Positions 51,664-64,000 of a DNA stretch of 64,000 bases are shown one piece after another. Origin of the DNA: Cirrosporium novae-zelandiae (Eukaryota); contig JAPETS010000016.1 of assembly GCA_026023565.1 (NCBI GenBank), positions 124,001 to 188,000 of the forward strand. Reading direction: 5' to 3'. The position numbers and the translations under genes are program-made. Each line of letters opens with the position of its first letter. The stretch's first letter is position 1. The notes under the pieces were generated by a model. The model was not told the DNA's origin. It did no database searches and was given only the letters and a program-made list of their open reading frames with translations.

Positions 51664-52462
51664 ATGGCTGGCGGAGCCGTGAAATTCCGACACCTGAGCC
51701 GCGATTCCTCGCATCGACAAGCCCTCCTCCGCAACCTAGTGACCTCACTGTTCAAACACGAATCCATCTCGACGACATGGCACAAGGCCAAGGAAGCTCA
51801 GCGGTTAGCAGAGAAGCTGATTACCATGGGGAAGAAAAATACAGAAGCTAGTCGACGAGAAGCCACTAAGGTGCTTTATGTACGTTAGGTTATGTTTTGC
51901 TATTTGATAACCCATCAAACTCAATAGAATTCCGATTCAATCCCCCTTCATATAATTTATACATACTTCCCTCTATCAAGGACTTTCAAAAGCAATAACT
52001 AACTACTTCCCCCAGGAACCCGAACTCCTAGTCCCCAAGCTCTTCGGCCCCATCCGTGAACGGTACCTCGAACGTCCTGGCGGCTATACTCGTGTACTGC
52101 GAATTGAGCCCCTAAAGGAAGACCAAGCCCCCTCAGCTCTCCTACAGCTTGTCGATGGACCCAAAGACGTTCGTTTCAGTATCACGGCCTCCGTCGTAGC
52201 TCGCCTACGTCAGGAGGGGAAATCCCCAAACGAGCTCACCTCGAAGAACATTAAAAAGGTGACGCAGTTCAGGAAGGGGGGCATAGATGCACTAAAAAAG
52301 GAGGTCGAGAAGCTAGGGGTTATAGAGAAAGAGGAGGTCAAGGCCAGAAATGTTAGGAGAACCTATCCGTCGGATGCGAGACGGGATCATGTCACGAGAG
52401 ATGTATGGGGAAAGATAGTGACGGATCGTACCAAGCAACAACGCACTAAGGCGTTTGATTGA
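51664..52462 (+). CDS. MRPL8: Mitochondrial ribosomal protein bL17 (intron 51880-52015)
   Basis: 'RHLSRDSSHRQALLRNLVTSLFKHESI.TTWHKAKEAQRLAEKLIT' and 'RYLERPGGYTRVLRIEP'. Confidence 0.93.
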
Positions 52463-53389
52463 CAAAGTTATTTGTCGTTCATGCCCCTGTACAGTGTTAT
52501 ATTGGAAATCTGTACCATACGAACTGCTATCCAATAGTGAGTGGGCCATTGTGGTTGTGATACCACTAACAGCAACCTTTTGGTTTTAAGATCTGAGGAA
52601 TAAACCGTAACTGTTGTGACCACAGACGGGTACGGTAGGTACGAAATCGTACCAAAAGAAGAAAAAAAAAACAGAAAAAAAAATATTATGACAGTATAGC
52701 CTAATAGCAAAATGAAGCGAAAGAAGCCCACAAATGCCCCCATACTATCCGTTCACACACACATTTTAAACGAAAAAGACCTCTTCCTAAACTCCGAATT
52801 CCCAGATACCCCCGATATATAACTTTCCAAATGAATGCTTTGCCAAAAAAAGGAAGAGAAACGAAACACCGGGTCCTGAATCCAGAATTTTCATTTTTTT
52901 TTAAAAAAAAATCTAATGCTTCAAATAGTTAGGTGAGCGGGATTTTATATACCTTTGTCTCTGGAAGTAGTAATATTTTGGGATAGTATATAGCATAATT
53001 TATATTATTCCTTCTTATTTCTTATTTCTTATATCGAGATCTAGAGGAATTGGTCCGGATGAACATGACGTTTAAGCCCAGCGTCAAAGTCCAAGTCTAA
53101 GCCCGAGTCTAAAATAAAGGGAGATCGGAAACCAGGTACCTACCTAGGTATCTACTTAACATGCAGCAGGGGTTTTAGACAAATCGGGCGAAGCCAACTT
53201 CCTTTTGCTCGAGTGAATGTATGGACCAAGTGAATCGAGACTTGATCAGGTAGTCTCACACGGGCTACAGAGAACCACTTCAAGCTTAACTGTGAACAGA
53301 TAAATATAATGGGCCTAGTTTCCGGTCAGCAATGTGGGTGGCTCAGGCTGGTTCTGGTCCAAGAGGCGGTACTATGGTAGTTATTTTTC

Positions 53390-54075
53390 TTTCTCTCAAA
53401 CTACCACCGGAGATTCGAACCATGATCTACAGGACCCTGTTCGTACGACAATATGGTCTTTTGGTCAAGACTGAATGACCCATCTTCAAAAGAAAATGCC
53501 ACATCCAACCTTCAAATCTCTTCCATGTGAATGGCCTACTTGTCGCCAAATTTGCCATAAAGCCTGTCACATATTTTTTTGCAAAGGACGCATTCTATAT
53601 CGGGTACATCGATTGAGCTTTCGATTCCTTCAATTTAATGACACCTAGAGTTTGCAAGCAATTCATTTCTTTTCACACTGGTTTGATAGTTGAAGAATGG
53701 GAGTCTGGCGATATGGGCTAGCAATCGTTAGAGGGATGCATCAACCTTCAAGAAGTCACAATTTGTTTCCGCTGCTGTCATAAGATTCTTCTTAAACCGC
53801 CAGAAAGTTTTCGGCCTTGTTATTCGCACGAAATATTATCGTTTCAAACACTCTTCTAGGCTTGGGTCTTTTTTTTGGAGAATATCACCAGGGGAGCTGA
53901 AGGATTTGCAAGATGGAACCGGGGAGAAAAGATGGCCCGAAGTTGGCACCCGGGATGTTGGTCCCTTTCTAAAAGATATCGAGCACACGAAAACAGCGAG
54001 ACTCGTGGAATGGTTGAATGGGTTGGAGAACTGAACGATGCCGATAAGATGGTTCTAGGCCATAGTATATCCTGA
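53390..54075 (+). pseudogene. Disrupted F-box-like ('LPxEIR') fungal protein gene
   Basis: 'LKLPPEIRTMIYRTLF', then a stop (~53476) and a frameshift, then 'TCRQICHKACHIFFAKDAF'. The 3' extent is uncertain. Confidence 0.6.
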
Positions 54076-55331
54076 TACCTTTTAATAAGACATTCAAGAT
54101 ATCAAGATACGATGAGTGGCATGTTAGGGATATCGTGAGGGTAAAAAGCAATGGTAAGTCTCAAATTACGATGCGTGATTTAGTTACTGTGGGGAAGATT
54201 TAGAGCTGCAGTTACCCTAATGTGCTAACCACTTCCCCTTGGCACCACAGTGGATTAACTCTTCAAAATCCATGACCAAGTCAATACAGGGATGAAGCTC
54301 GAATGGGAAATTGGTCAATTACCTTCATTTTTTTTCATTGGGATTATTCACAAGGAAATAAATGATGGATAGCGATGGGGTGGTAGTCTGGTACACGGTG
54401 GTGGGTGAAAGAGGCTGTCAGAGTCTTGGTTAAAAGGCTAAATGTGACGGGAAGTTAATAATGCAATCAAGGACTTGCATATCACAAGTTCATAAGATTA
54501 TTAGTCTAGTGCTTGAGTGGTGGTGGGTAACTTGAAAGATAGGAATCCTTGATCCTTGATCACAAGTCAGGACAAGTCAGGCGCAGGGTCTCATAGCTTA
54601 GTTACTTTAGTTACCTTAGTTACCTAGGCACGTCGGTCGAGGATCAATGACGGTGATTAATTCAGGAACCAACTGGTCGAGACAAAGACGTTGCATTCTG
54701 TAGAGGGGGGGTAACTGGTAACGTGTTATCGAGACAGATTGGCCTTTTTTGTAACGTGATGAGGTAGATAGGAGAGGGATTTAAATCAGTCGGTGAGGAG
54801 AGGCGAATATCGTCAACATCAACCAGAAGCGGATGAACCAAACAAGTATTTTGACTTTTACTGATACTCTTGATAAACTTGAAATGGGAGACTGAGAGAC
54901 TAAGGGGACGAGGGAATGAGGGAATGAGGGAATGAAGGTCATTCGGAGCAAGATAGTCAACATTTTTCTCTTTTTCTGTTCGGCTCAAAGGGAACTCGTC
55001 TCCGATTGTGTGCCGTTCTTCCCCAGACTCCTACGCGGCTCGGCGGAGATGTACGGTGGACTGTAAGGGACAGAATAGCGTAAATTCCCGAACTTTGGCC
55101 CCAACAGCTCCGTAGACGAAAGCCATCTACTTTCCAGCCTCTCAACCTCTTCTTTCTAAACTCATTCTCGCAATCCTCTTCTCCAATTTCCTACTGTAAA
55201 AAAAACTTTGTTTCCGACATCAATTATCTTTTCAACCCTCACATTTTCCCTCGTCAAACCTCTTCCATATTTCTCCCATCCTTGAATACATAATCATCCA
55301 CGTGCTTTTTAACCCCACTTCGCATTTAACC

Positions 55332-56466
<1,135 letters not shown>

Positions 56467-56926
56467 GCTTATACCACGATTACGTTCCTTTTTATCATCC
56501 TTCCTCCAGAAGCGCAGCATACATATACACATGCATGCATTATCATCATCATTCTCTACGCGTATGAACATCCTTCTCGGGTCCCGGATGCCACGGTCGC
56601 AACAGTGAATAATGGAAAACGAGCGAATGGGGGGAAAGGAAAACAAGGGGGGGACAAACGAAAAAACCTATCCATTACAATTAGCCTTAATGACCTCATT
56701 GGGAAAGCGAAATATGAACGAAATATGGAGAGAGAAAAAGCTAATTTGGCTTTTTTGGTGTAATGCATCTTAAACTTGGAACGCCTTTTTTACACTACAC
56801 CGGGGGAATTAGGTTCTTTTTTGTGGTTTTTTGAAAGAAACTGATTATTACTTCTCTTGGTGTACGACTTCATTACACATAGACAGAATAGCGAAGCAAG
56901 ATTTTTATGATTATTTTTTTCACGTG

Positions 56927-57500
56927 TAGGGGAAGCGAAGCAGGTGTCTTTTTTTTTTGTATTTGTACCTAGGAATACAAAAAGGAGAAGAAATATCTTG
57001 GTCCAAAAGATTTTTGTGTTTTTTTCTTTTTTGTCTATCTATCAACCATCTATAATCTCCTTCCCTTCCCTTCCCCAATAACCCTCGATCCCTCGATCCC
57101 TCAATCCCTCAATCCCTTCTCCCAACCTCCTTAAAACTAGAGGGGAAACAAGCAGGTATTCTTTTTTTTTTTCTCCCCTCTTTTCCTCTCTCTCATCTAT
57201 CCATCATCTATCTTATAATCCCCTTCCCTTCCCTTTTCTTCCCCAACTACCTTTAAACCCCCAAGCCCTTCCCCCAGCCCCCTCGAAACTAAGGGGAAGG
57301 AAGCAAGTGTTCTTTTTCTTTCTTTTCTTTGTCTTTTTTCTTTTTGTATTTGTACTTAGGAATACAAAAAAAGGAGAAAAGAGAAGAAGAAGAAATATTT
57401 TTTCTCCTTTTTTTTCCTATCAACCACCCTTCCCAATCCCTTCCCCCTCTCTCCCACCCATTCCCTTCCTTCTTTCTCAACCCCCCCCTCCCCTCAAACC
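56927..57500. repeat. Three degenerate tandem units (~150-210 bp)
   Basis: Units start at ~56927, ~57138 and ~57290 with 'aggggaa..aagcargt' plus a T tract; 'tttttgtatttgtacytaggaatacaaaaa' occurs in units 1 and 3. Confidence 0.7.
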
Positions 57501-58727
57501 CCCTCCACCTTCTCAGGATACCCCAACCCCCCCAGTCTCCTAACCTCATCCATAACCCTCAAAATCTCCAAACTCTCCTCCCACCCCATATTTTCACTCT
57601 GCAATTTCCCATCCCGCAAGCACCGACCCACTTCGTCTGCTTCCCAGAACATTCCCCTAGGGAACCCCTCCTTCTCCCCCGATTCCCCAGACCCCGAGAT
57701 TGGGAAGTCGAATACTTCCGCCTTGGCTTCGCTAATGGGGAGAAATCTGAAGCGAGTGGGTCGGAACGTGGGGCCGTCGATTGCGATTTCGCCTTGCGTG
57801 CCTTGGATGCGGATTGCGGGTCCCGCTTCCCCCGGCGACCCTTCTTGAGGATTCGTAGCTACGCGGATACTACTCAGTGCGATTCCCTGGGGTCCATCCC
57901 CATTCCCACCCGGAAACCCCAAAACAACACTCGTAGTATCATCCGTGCCCGTAACCGGATGCTTACTCATAAGCCCCACAACCCTCTCCGGCGCCCGCCT
58001 CTCCCCAACAGGAAGCACATGATACAATGCCAAAAAAACCCACGTTAGGGAATAGATCCCCACATCCAGGAGCGCGCCGCCCGCGAGGTTTGGATTTAGG
58101 AGTCTGTGGTCTAGAGGGTAGTCCTCCCCGTTCGCGGGACCCGCAAAGCTGGTATCTGCAATAACGCGCTTTACGGTTCCGATGCGGCCTGAGTGGAGAA
58201 GCTCTAACACTTTCCGCGTGAGCGGGAAAAACCTAGTCCATACCCCCTCCATCAAAAACAATTTTTTTTCTTTCGCAAGCGCGAACAGTTGGGCCGCCTG
58301 TTTCGCATTAACCGTGATTGGTTTTTCGCAGAGGACGTTTTTACCCGCCAGGAGGGCTTGTCTGCATAAGGCATAGTGGTGGGAATGGGGGGTGGCGATG
58401 TAGACGCAGTTTATGGTTGGGTTGGAGAGGAGGGTGGCGTAGGAGGGGTAGGCTAGGGTTGTGGGGGGCGCGTTGCAGGCGCGGAGGAAGGCCGTTGCGG
58501 TTTCGAGGGAGGTCGAGGAGGCCACGGCTGTGAGGGTGTGGGCTATGTTTGAGGAGGAAGAGGAGGGGCGGGGGTGGATGAGGTCCCGCGTGAAGGTCTT
58601 GGCGATCGTGCCGGTCGCTGGGGGTGTTAGTGGATGGGGGTTGAGGAGAGGGGAGGAGGGAGGTGGTGAGTTGGTGGGTTGGGTACGTACCTAGGATTCC
58701 CCAGTGGACTGTGTATGGCTCCTCCAT
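57494..58727 (-). CDS. Gfo/Idh/MocA oxidoreductase (dihydrodiol/xylose dehydrogenase-like; intron ~58618-58690)
   Basis: 'WGILATGTIAKTF', 'VYIATPHSHH', 'VLCEKP', 'FLMEGVWTRFFP', 'GGALLDVGIY' and 'WEADEV'. Confidence 0.92.
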
Positions 58728-59514
58728 CGTGATAAATAGATAGGTCGATTAATCGATTGATCAATAAATTTACCTTCTCGAGATGGAACCGTGTATAAGA
58801 ATTTTAGAACAGCAAGCGGAGAAGAGGATTAATTCAGGATGTCAATTGAATTAGAAATAAATAAATGAAATGGGAGAGAGAAAGAGAGAGAGAGAGGGGG
58901 GGGGGGGGGGGGAATAAGGTGGATTGAATGGTTATCTATCTACAGATCTAGAGTATAGATAGACTATAGGCTATTCAAAGTGGACGCTTCTTGTTGTATT
59001 GGTAATTTTTGGCAATTAGGCTGAGAGCTGCAAGACTCATGATATGTTGACATTACATGTGTGGGGTTGAATCATTTGAATCGTTCTATTAAATGTGGGG
59101 TTCGGTGGGAATCAGCCCGGGATTCTCTGCTGTGTACTCGAATAGGTACTTTCTATGAGGAGCCAGGGGGGAGGTCCCTCTGTAGATAATTATCTAATTG
59201 CTAGATATTAAGTCTGTTCAATATAGACATATTTACAAAACAATGGACCTTTGATCAAAATAGATTATAATGTATTAACTCTGAAAATGCACTGTACAGT
59301 AAGTGCTCTGACTGATCCACCGTCATCAAAACGTATATGTGCATCTTTCTATCCAGAAAGTAATGACCAAGCCCCCCCTCCTGCGTTGACTGGTGTCTAC
59401 ACTCCTCGATATCTTTGCGCTGTCTTATACCGTAACCTATTCCAATCCGTGGTGCAGAGGCCCATCAATTCCCATCTCCCGTCCCATCCTTTTCCCGCTT
59501 TCCAAACCCACTCG

Positions 59515-61480
59515 CTATTCCGTATCCCCCTCATGCTTCCTCTTCCCCAAAACACTATTGGGAGTCCCGCTTCTTCTTGCTCCTCCCCCTGTTGTAGTTC
59601 CCATGCTGTTTCCTCCACCTCCGTTTCCTTTTCCGCCCATGACTTCCGCATAACAGCTGGCATGATACACCTTCTCCCCAACCTTCCTTGCGTCCATCCA
59701 TACCCAATCTTGCTCTTTGTCGCTCCACACATTCTCAAACTTTTCTTGGCAGATGGGGCAGGGTGTTGCTTGCAGTCGAGGGTCGCTGGGAGCTTTGATC
59801 CATTCCGTGTTTTCTGTTGTGGTTGAAATGCTGATTGGAGCATGAGCGTTATGGGCGGTCGACGAGGTATAGGCTTGATGAGAAGTGGAAGCTGTAGCTT
59901 CAATATCATCTTCTTCGGTGGTCCTGATCCATGTCTAATAATCACAAAGCGTCAACAATGAAATTTTATAAAGCAAATTGCCATTACAATAATCATATAG
60001 CTTAAAAGACTTACCATCTCATCAACATACCAACTCCGATTTTTTGCCTTTCCGGCTCCCTCGTTTAATCGTTGATTCGTCCGGAAATGCCAATCTAGGT
60101 GCTTGCTCTTTCGCTCTTTTCCTTCCTTTGTCACTGGAAATCGTCGCCCGCAAGTAGAGCATTGGCTGGGGAGTGACGTATATAGAAATGAAATAAGGTG
60201 TGTTCGTGGTCTAGGGTAAATGATTAATAGGGAAACCTAAAAAAAAACTGATGGAACATACGTTTTCATAAAACTTGTGGAGAATGGTATTTTAGGAGAC
60301 TCTGAACTATCTTGCTGAAGTACCGGAGTTTCTGGCTTGTGTTGGTTCTGCTGAGAGAGGAAAGCCAGTGCTGGTATAGAGAACGTTGACTGTGACGTCG
60401 AAACTATAGGTGTGGGCGTCTGATTGACTTTTGGTAATTCGGGTATTTGCACTTGTGGGGCTGGAGTAGAGCCACCAAGGATTCCTGCAGCCCGTAATGA
60501 GGCGAGCAGAGAATTCGTGTCTAAACCTAGAACACTTGGCTGTTGCTGAGATGATGAAGCGACAGGATACTGTGTTGGAGGTTGAGAGATAGGCAAGGGA
60601 AATGGTAGAGATGTAGAGGGTAAGGGTGTAGGTAAGGTCGCAGGAGGAGCGGATTGTGGTAGCTGTGGAGGGGGAGTATGCGTGTATGCAGTATTGAATG
60701 TACTGAAATAACCATTAACAGGATACTGCGCTTGGGTTGAGGGTGGCAGGTTAGGTGGAACCGACTGAGGTGGCTGATATTGGGGGAGAGGCTGTGGAGG
60801 TGTAGGAGTGTTCCGCCACCCTTGAGGGGTCGCAACGGGCGGAGGCCTTGGCGGTAAGCCTGGAACGACCTTTGTATGCTTCTGTTGTTCTTGGAATGCT
60901 GCTGTCCTTGCTTTAATGAGAGCATTTTCAATACTGCGAGTTACTTCAGAAGGGAAAACTGGTCGCGTGTCTAGCGATCCAGGTACAGGCTCTTTCCACG
61001 TTTTTAGCATCTCATCCAACTTTTTCCGAATGCCCGAGTCAACCAGCGTGTAGGCACTCATAAAGGTGTTGTAGAGATTTCGGCCCAGGAATAGGGTATA
61101 TGGTGTCCCAACATTTTTGACAATGGAGTCAAGTACGTATAGGGCGGGGAGTTTCCGGCCTGGAGGAGCCTACAAGCAGACAAGAATTATTATCTTAGAA
61201 AATGACTGATTCTATATAGCTATGAACCGGAAGAAGCGACGTATACGAGGTTACGCTGTCCGCCGGCCATAGAGGTGGATTGTGTTGTATTCCGGGAAGC
61301 ACTCACCGTCTTGATATGGTTTTCTAAAACCCTCGAAATTGCGGCGGCATGCTCCGTGTTTTCCTTCGCAATGACTGTAAGATTGCTAATCTCATATCGT
61401 GAATTAATGGCGAGATCCTCCAACGAATTTTTATAATCTTCCGCCACTTCATCGCCAGGCGATTTGGCAATATCTGCCAT
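59515..61480 (-). CDS. PCF11: mRNA cleavage/polyadenylation factor Pcf11 (4 exons)
   Basis: CID domain 'YKNSLEDL..NSRYEISNLTVIAKEN' and 'KLPALYVLDSIVKN'; zinc fingers 'QCSTCGRRF..HLDWHF' and 'CPICQEKF..W..YHASC'. Confidence 0.95.
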
Positions 61481-62619
61481 GATGGAACTCGTGTATCGGA
61501 TAAGCTACCAGCAAAAGTGTGGTAAGTGGTGGCTGAATACTATCCAGCAGTAGTAAGCTATTCAATTAGATGCGACGTGAGATTCAGAAAAGTTATCTTA
61601 TAGACCGACACCTTGCTGAAGGACAGGTTAAGTCAGATCAAGGAACTGTTGGGTATTGAAGCAAATCTGCAAAACTCTCAACTGGCTCTGAACTTCAAGG
61701 GTTTCCTGGTGGCTGGTCTCTCGGTGTTGGAGGGTTCCAGCTGCACAATAGCAAAACGACAAAGGTTCTTGAATGGATGCTATCTAAGGCGCCACACTCG
61801 GCCAAACAGAGCACAGCAGCAGAAGCAACTCGACTGAGTAAAAGACTCTTCTTTCTCTACTTCCAAATAGCCTGGTTTATCCTTCCTCGCTGAACCTCCG
61901 ACACGACTGCGCCCTTTTGTAACCTTTGTTTGATCCCTATTGTCCCACCATGCGACACGTATTCATTCCACGTACCGAGATCATCCAACTTGTAACGGGA
62001 GTATTGTTTTTGAAGGTTAATAAATCGAGGTCCAAGGAGAAGAATAGCGAGAGCCTGTTTCTGAGATGAACTGATTGTTGAAAGCGAAATAGCGTGGGTA
62101 TATTGAACTTGAGGAGCTTTTAATATGAAAAGGTTGGATGATTAGTTTTTTTGGGAAGTGAATTGATGAATGACACAGTGTATTAAAGTAATTTAGTAGA
62201 CTCGGGTTATATGAAGCATACCAAGCAAAGTTAGAGGCAACTAATCACGCACTGTCAGGCGTCTGTTGCGTCTGTCAAAGCCGCCAGCATCTAATTAGCG
62301 CGTGTCAAATGACCCGGTAGCCCGAAGCGCTGAATCTCCGACCTTCCGTGGGACTCTACTATAGGACTCTATTGTAGGACTCTACTACCAATTATTATTA
62401 CTGCTATTTCTGTGACTGCGACTGCGGGATTACTGCAATTCCAAACTCCAATTATTTGGGTATTTTGATTTTTAGAATAGGTTTAATAAACTCCCCATCG
62501 CAAAGCGCCTATTCCGGTTACCAACATTCTGATCATCATTTCAATCCATCATTCATCCTCAAAAGTTCCTCCATTATAGGTTCCATCATAAGGGCTGTTG
62601 ATGACAGAATCGTATTCCT

Positions 62620-63027
62620 CTAGGCTTTCAGACCGTCTCCCACAGCAGTAACAATTTGATCCTCTTCTACCATCGGTGGGAACTTTTCACCCATTGCTTT
62701 GACGGCTTCCAAAGCCTTGACAGAACATGTAGCTGCGAACCCTTTGAGGAGCGTATATTCATGAGTTATAATACCGCCCTAGATGGAGCAAAGAATTAGC
62801 TTCTATGAATCCACACGCACTCAAAGGCGAACAGATGTAGAGTAGTCTTGTAGTAAGATGACTTGACATACGGCTTTGATGATGGCCTCCTTCGCATCAC
62901 TGATCAGATAGTTCGGGGTCTCGGGCGGGTATGTAACGATGACGGACTTCTCTGGTTGCGCCACAGCAAGGACGGCTGTAACCATCAAGAGCAGGGCAAA
63001 GAACAAAGTAAAGATGTTGAACTTCAT
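62620..63027 (-). CDS. Secreted peptidase inhibitor I9-like protein (intron 62779-62871)
   Basis: Signal peptide, then 'SVIVTYP..TP', 'AIIKA|GGIITHEYTLLKGFAA' and 'VEEDQIV'. Confidence 0.85.
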
Positions 63028-63703
63028 TTTTTGCTAATGGTTCTTTTCTTCAACAATAAAATTATATTTTGGATTTGATGTGAGTAGACTGTAGGATATT
63101 TTCTGTTTGTAGGTAGTCAGTGGGATAAGTTATTGTTCAGGCAGACATATTCTACGGTATGTAGACTAACGATGGAACTCTTTGGTTCCGAAACCAGAAG
63201 CGATGAAGTAAGGTTCACGTGAGAAGATTAGTCTGTCACGTGCCACTCCGCAACTACATTGCCATTATTGATTATTGATTATTGTACCCCGGTTATCAAT
63301 TCTGATAACCATCACCCTCGGCGCGTATGCTGATATCACAACGATAGTGGTTTGCGTTCATTGCCACCTTGACCTATGTAAAGTAGACAGTGGAGTTCAA
63401 GCTAAAGAATGCCATGCAAAACCTTCACCAACGACTAACGACAACTCTCATAAGAAGCATGTCCCCGGTCAAGTTCAAACTATCTATGGATAAGTGGCCA
63501 AGGAAAATAAATGTAGTGAGAGGCTTGTGGAGAGATCATGCCAATATCCTGGGATATTACGACATGCAAATAATAATAAACTTGGATCTTCCTTACCCTT
63601 GTTGCAAATTATATATACCCCTTCTTTTGCACAACTCCTTTTAACAAAAAATTCCTTTTTAAACACAAAACTCCCAAAAATGCCCCTAAGAATCCTAAAT
63701 CGT

Positions 63704-64000
63704 TTATATTCCTGAGTCTATTTGATCGGGAATATGGTTTCCGGTATAGGCCGACCAATCGCGACAAGTCTGCGCCATGACATAAGGGATTTGATAATTT
63801 TTCCTAATATCTTCAGGTCGTTCTAGCACGTTAAAGGCCATACCGCCAGAAAGATGCCCTGCGATATGGCAGTGAAGAGACCAAAGACCAGGATTATCGG
63901 CGTCCATTTGAATAACGAGATAACCATTTGCTAGTACATCCTGAACATCCCGGCGTTGAGGATTTGAAGGATTGATAATGGTGCCATCCCAGGTACCCGG
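63704..64000 (-). CDS. Multicopper oxidase/laccase, C-terminal part only
   Basis: 'NPQRRDVQ', 'ADNPGLWSLHCHIAGHLSGGM' and C-terminal 'DSGI', resembling the ascomycete laccase DSGL plug. Confidence 0.9.
   Translation of the reverse strand, partial: PGTWDGTIINPSNPQRRDVQDVLANGYLVIQMDADNPGLWSLHCHIAGHLSGGMAFNVLERPEDIRKNYQIPYVMAQTCRDWSAYTGNHIPDQIDSGI

Noticed and set aside
57307..58048. 239-aa plus-strand ORF and neighbours
   Set aside because: They are antisense shadows of the dehydrogenase plus low-complexity sequence.
59251..59945. Long overlapping ORFs (59251-59826 +, 59397-59945 -)
   Set aside because: These are shadow or alternative frames of the last PCF11 exon; the true frame ends at 59515.

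Overview
Eukaryotic, intron-containing DNA from a filamentous ascomycete (Pezizomycotina-type GT..AG introns with CTRAC/CTAAT branch sites). About 20 conserved genes are recognisable from protein motifs: BUD6 (5' partial), a Cys-rich GPI-anchored protein, a glycine-zipper protein, peroxisomal acyl-CoA oxidase, a myo-inositol transporter, a DHA1 MFS pump, two single-pass surface proteins, a secreted GH1 glucosidase, CIA1, a Na/K-ATPase-like P-type ATPase, an O-acetyltransferase, MIC12, mitochondrial L17, ADK1, a Gfo/Idh/MocA dehydrogenase, PCF11, an I9 protease inhibitor and a multicopper oxidase (3' end only), plus an intron-containing tRNA-Ala(UGC). The accessory block at about 11.1-22.4 kb is the most interesting part. 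It holds two small orphan spliced genes, a 4-exon membrane-protein gene broken by one in-frame TGA, a 172-bp hAT-like MITE with a perfect 8-bp target-site duplication, and two related 12-bp minisatellite arrays in opposite orientation around that gene. I found no convincing wholly new biological system. All calls come from reading the sequence by eye with no database searches, and exon boundaries are manual estimates.
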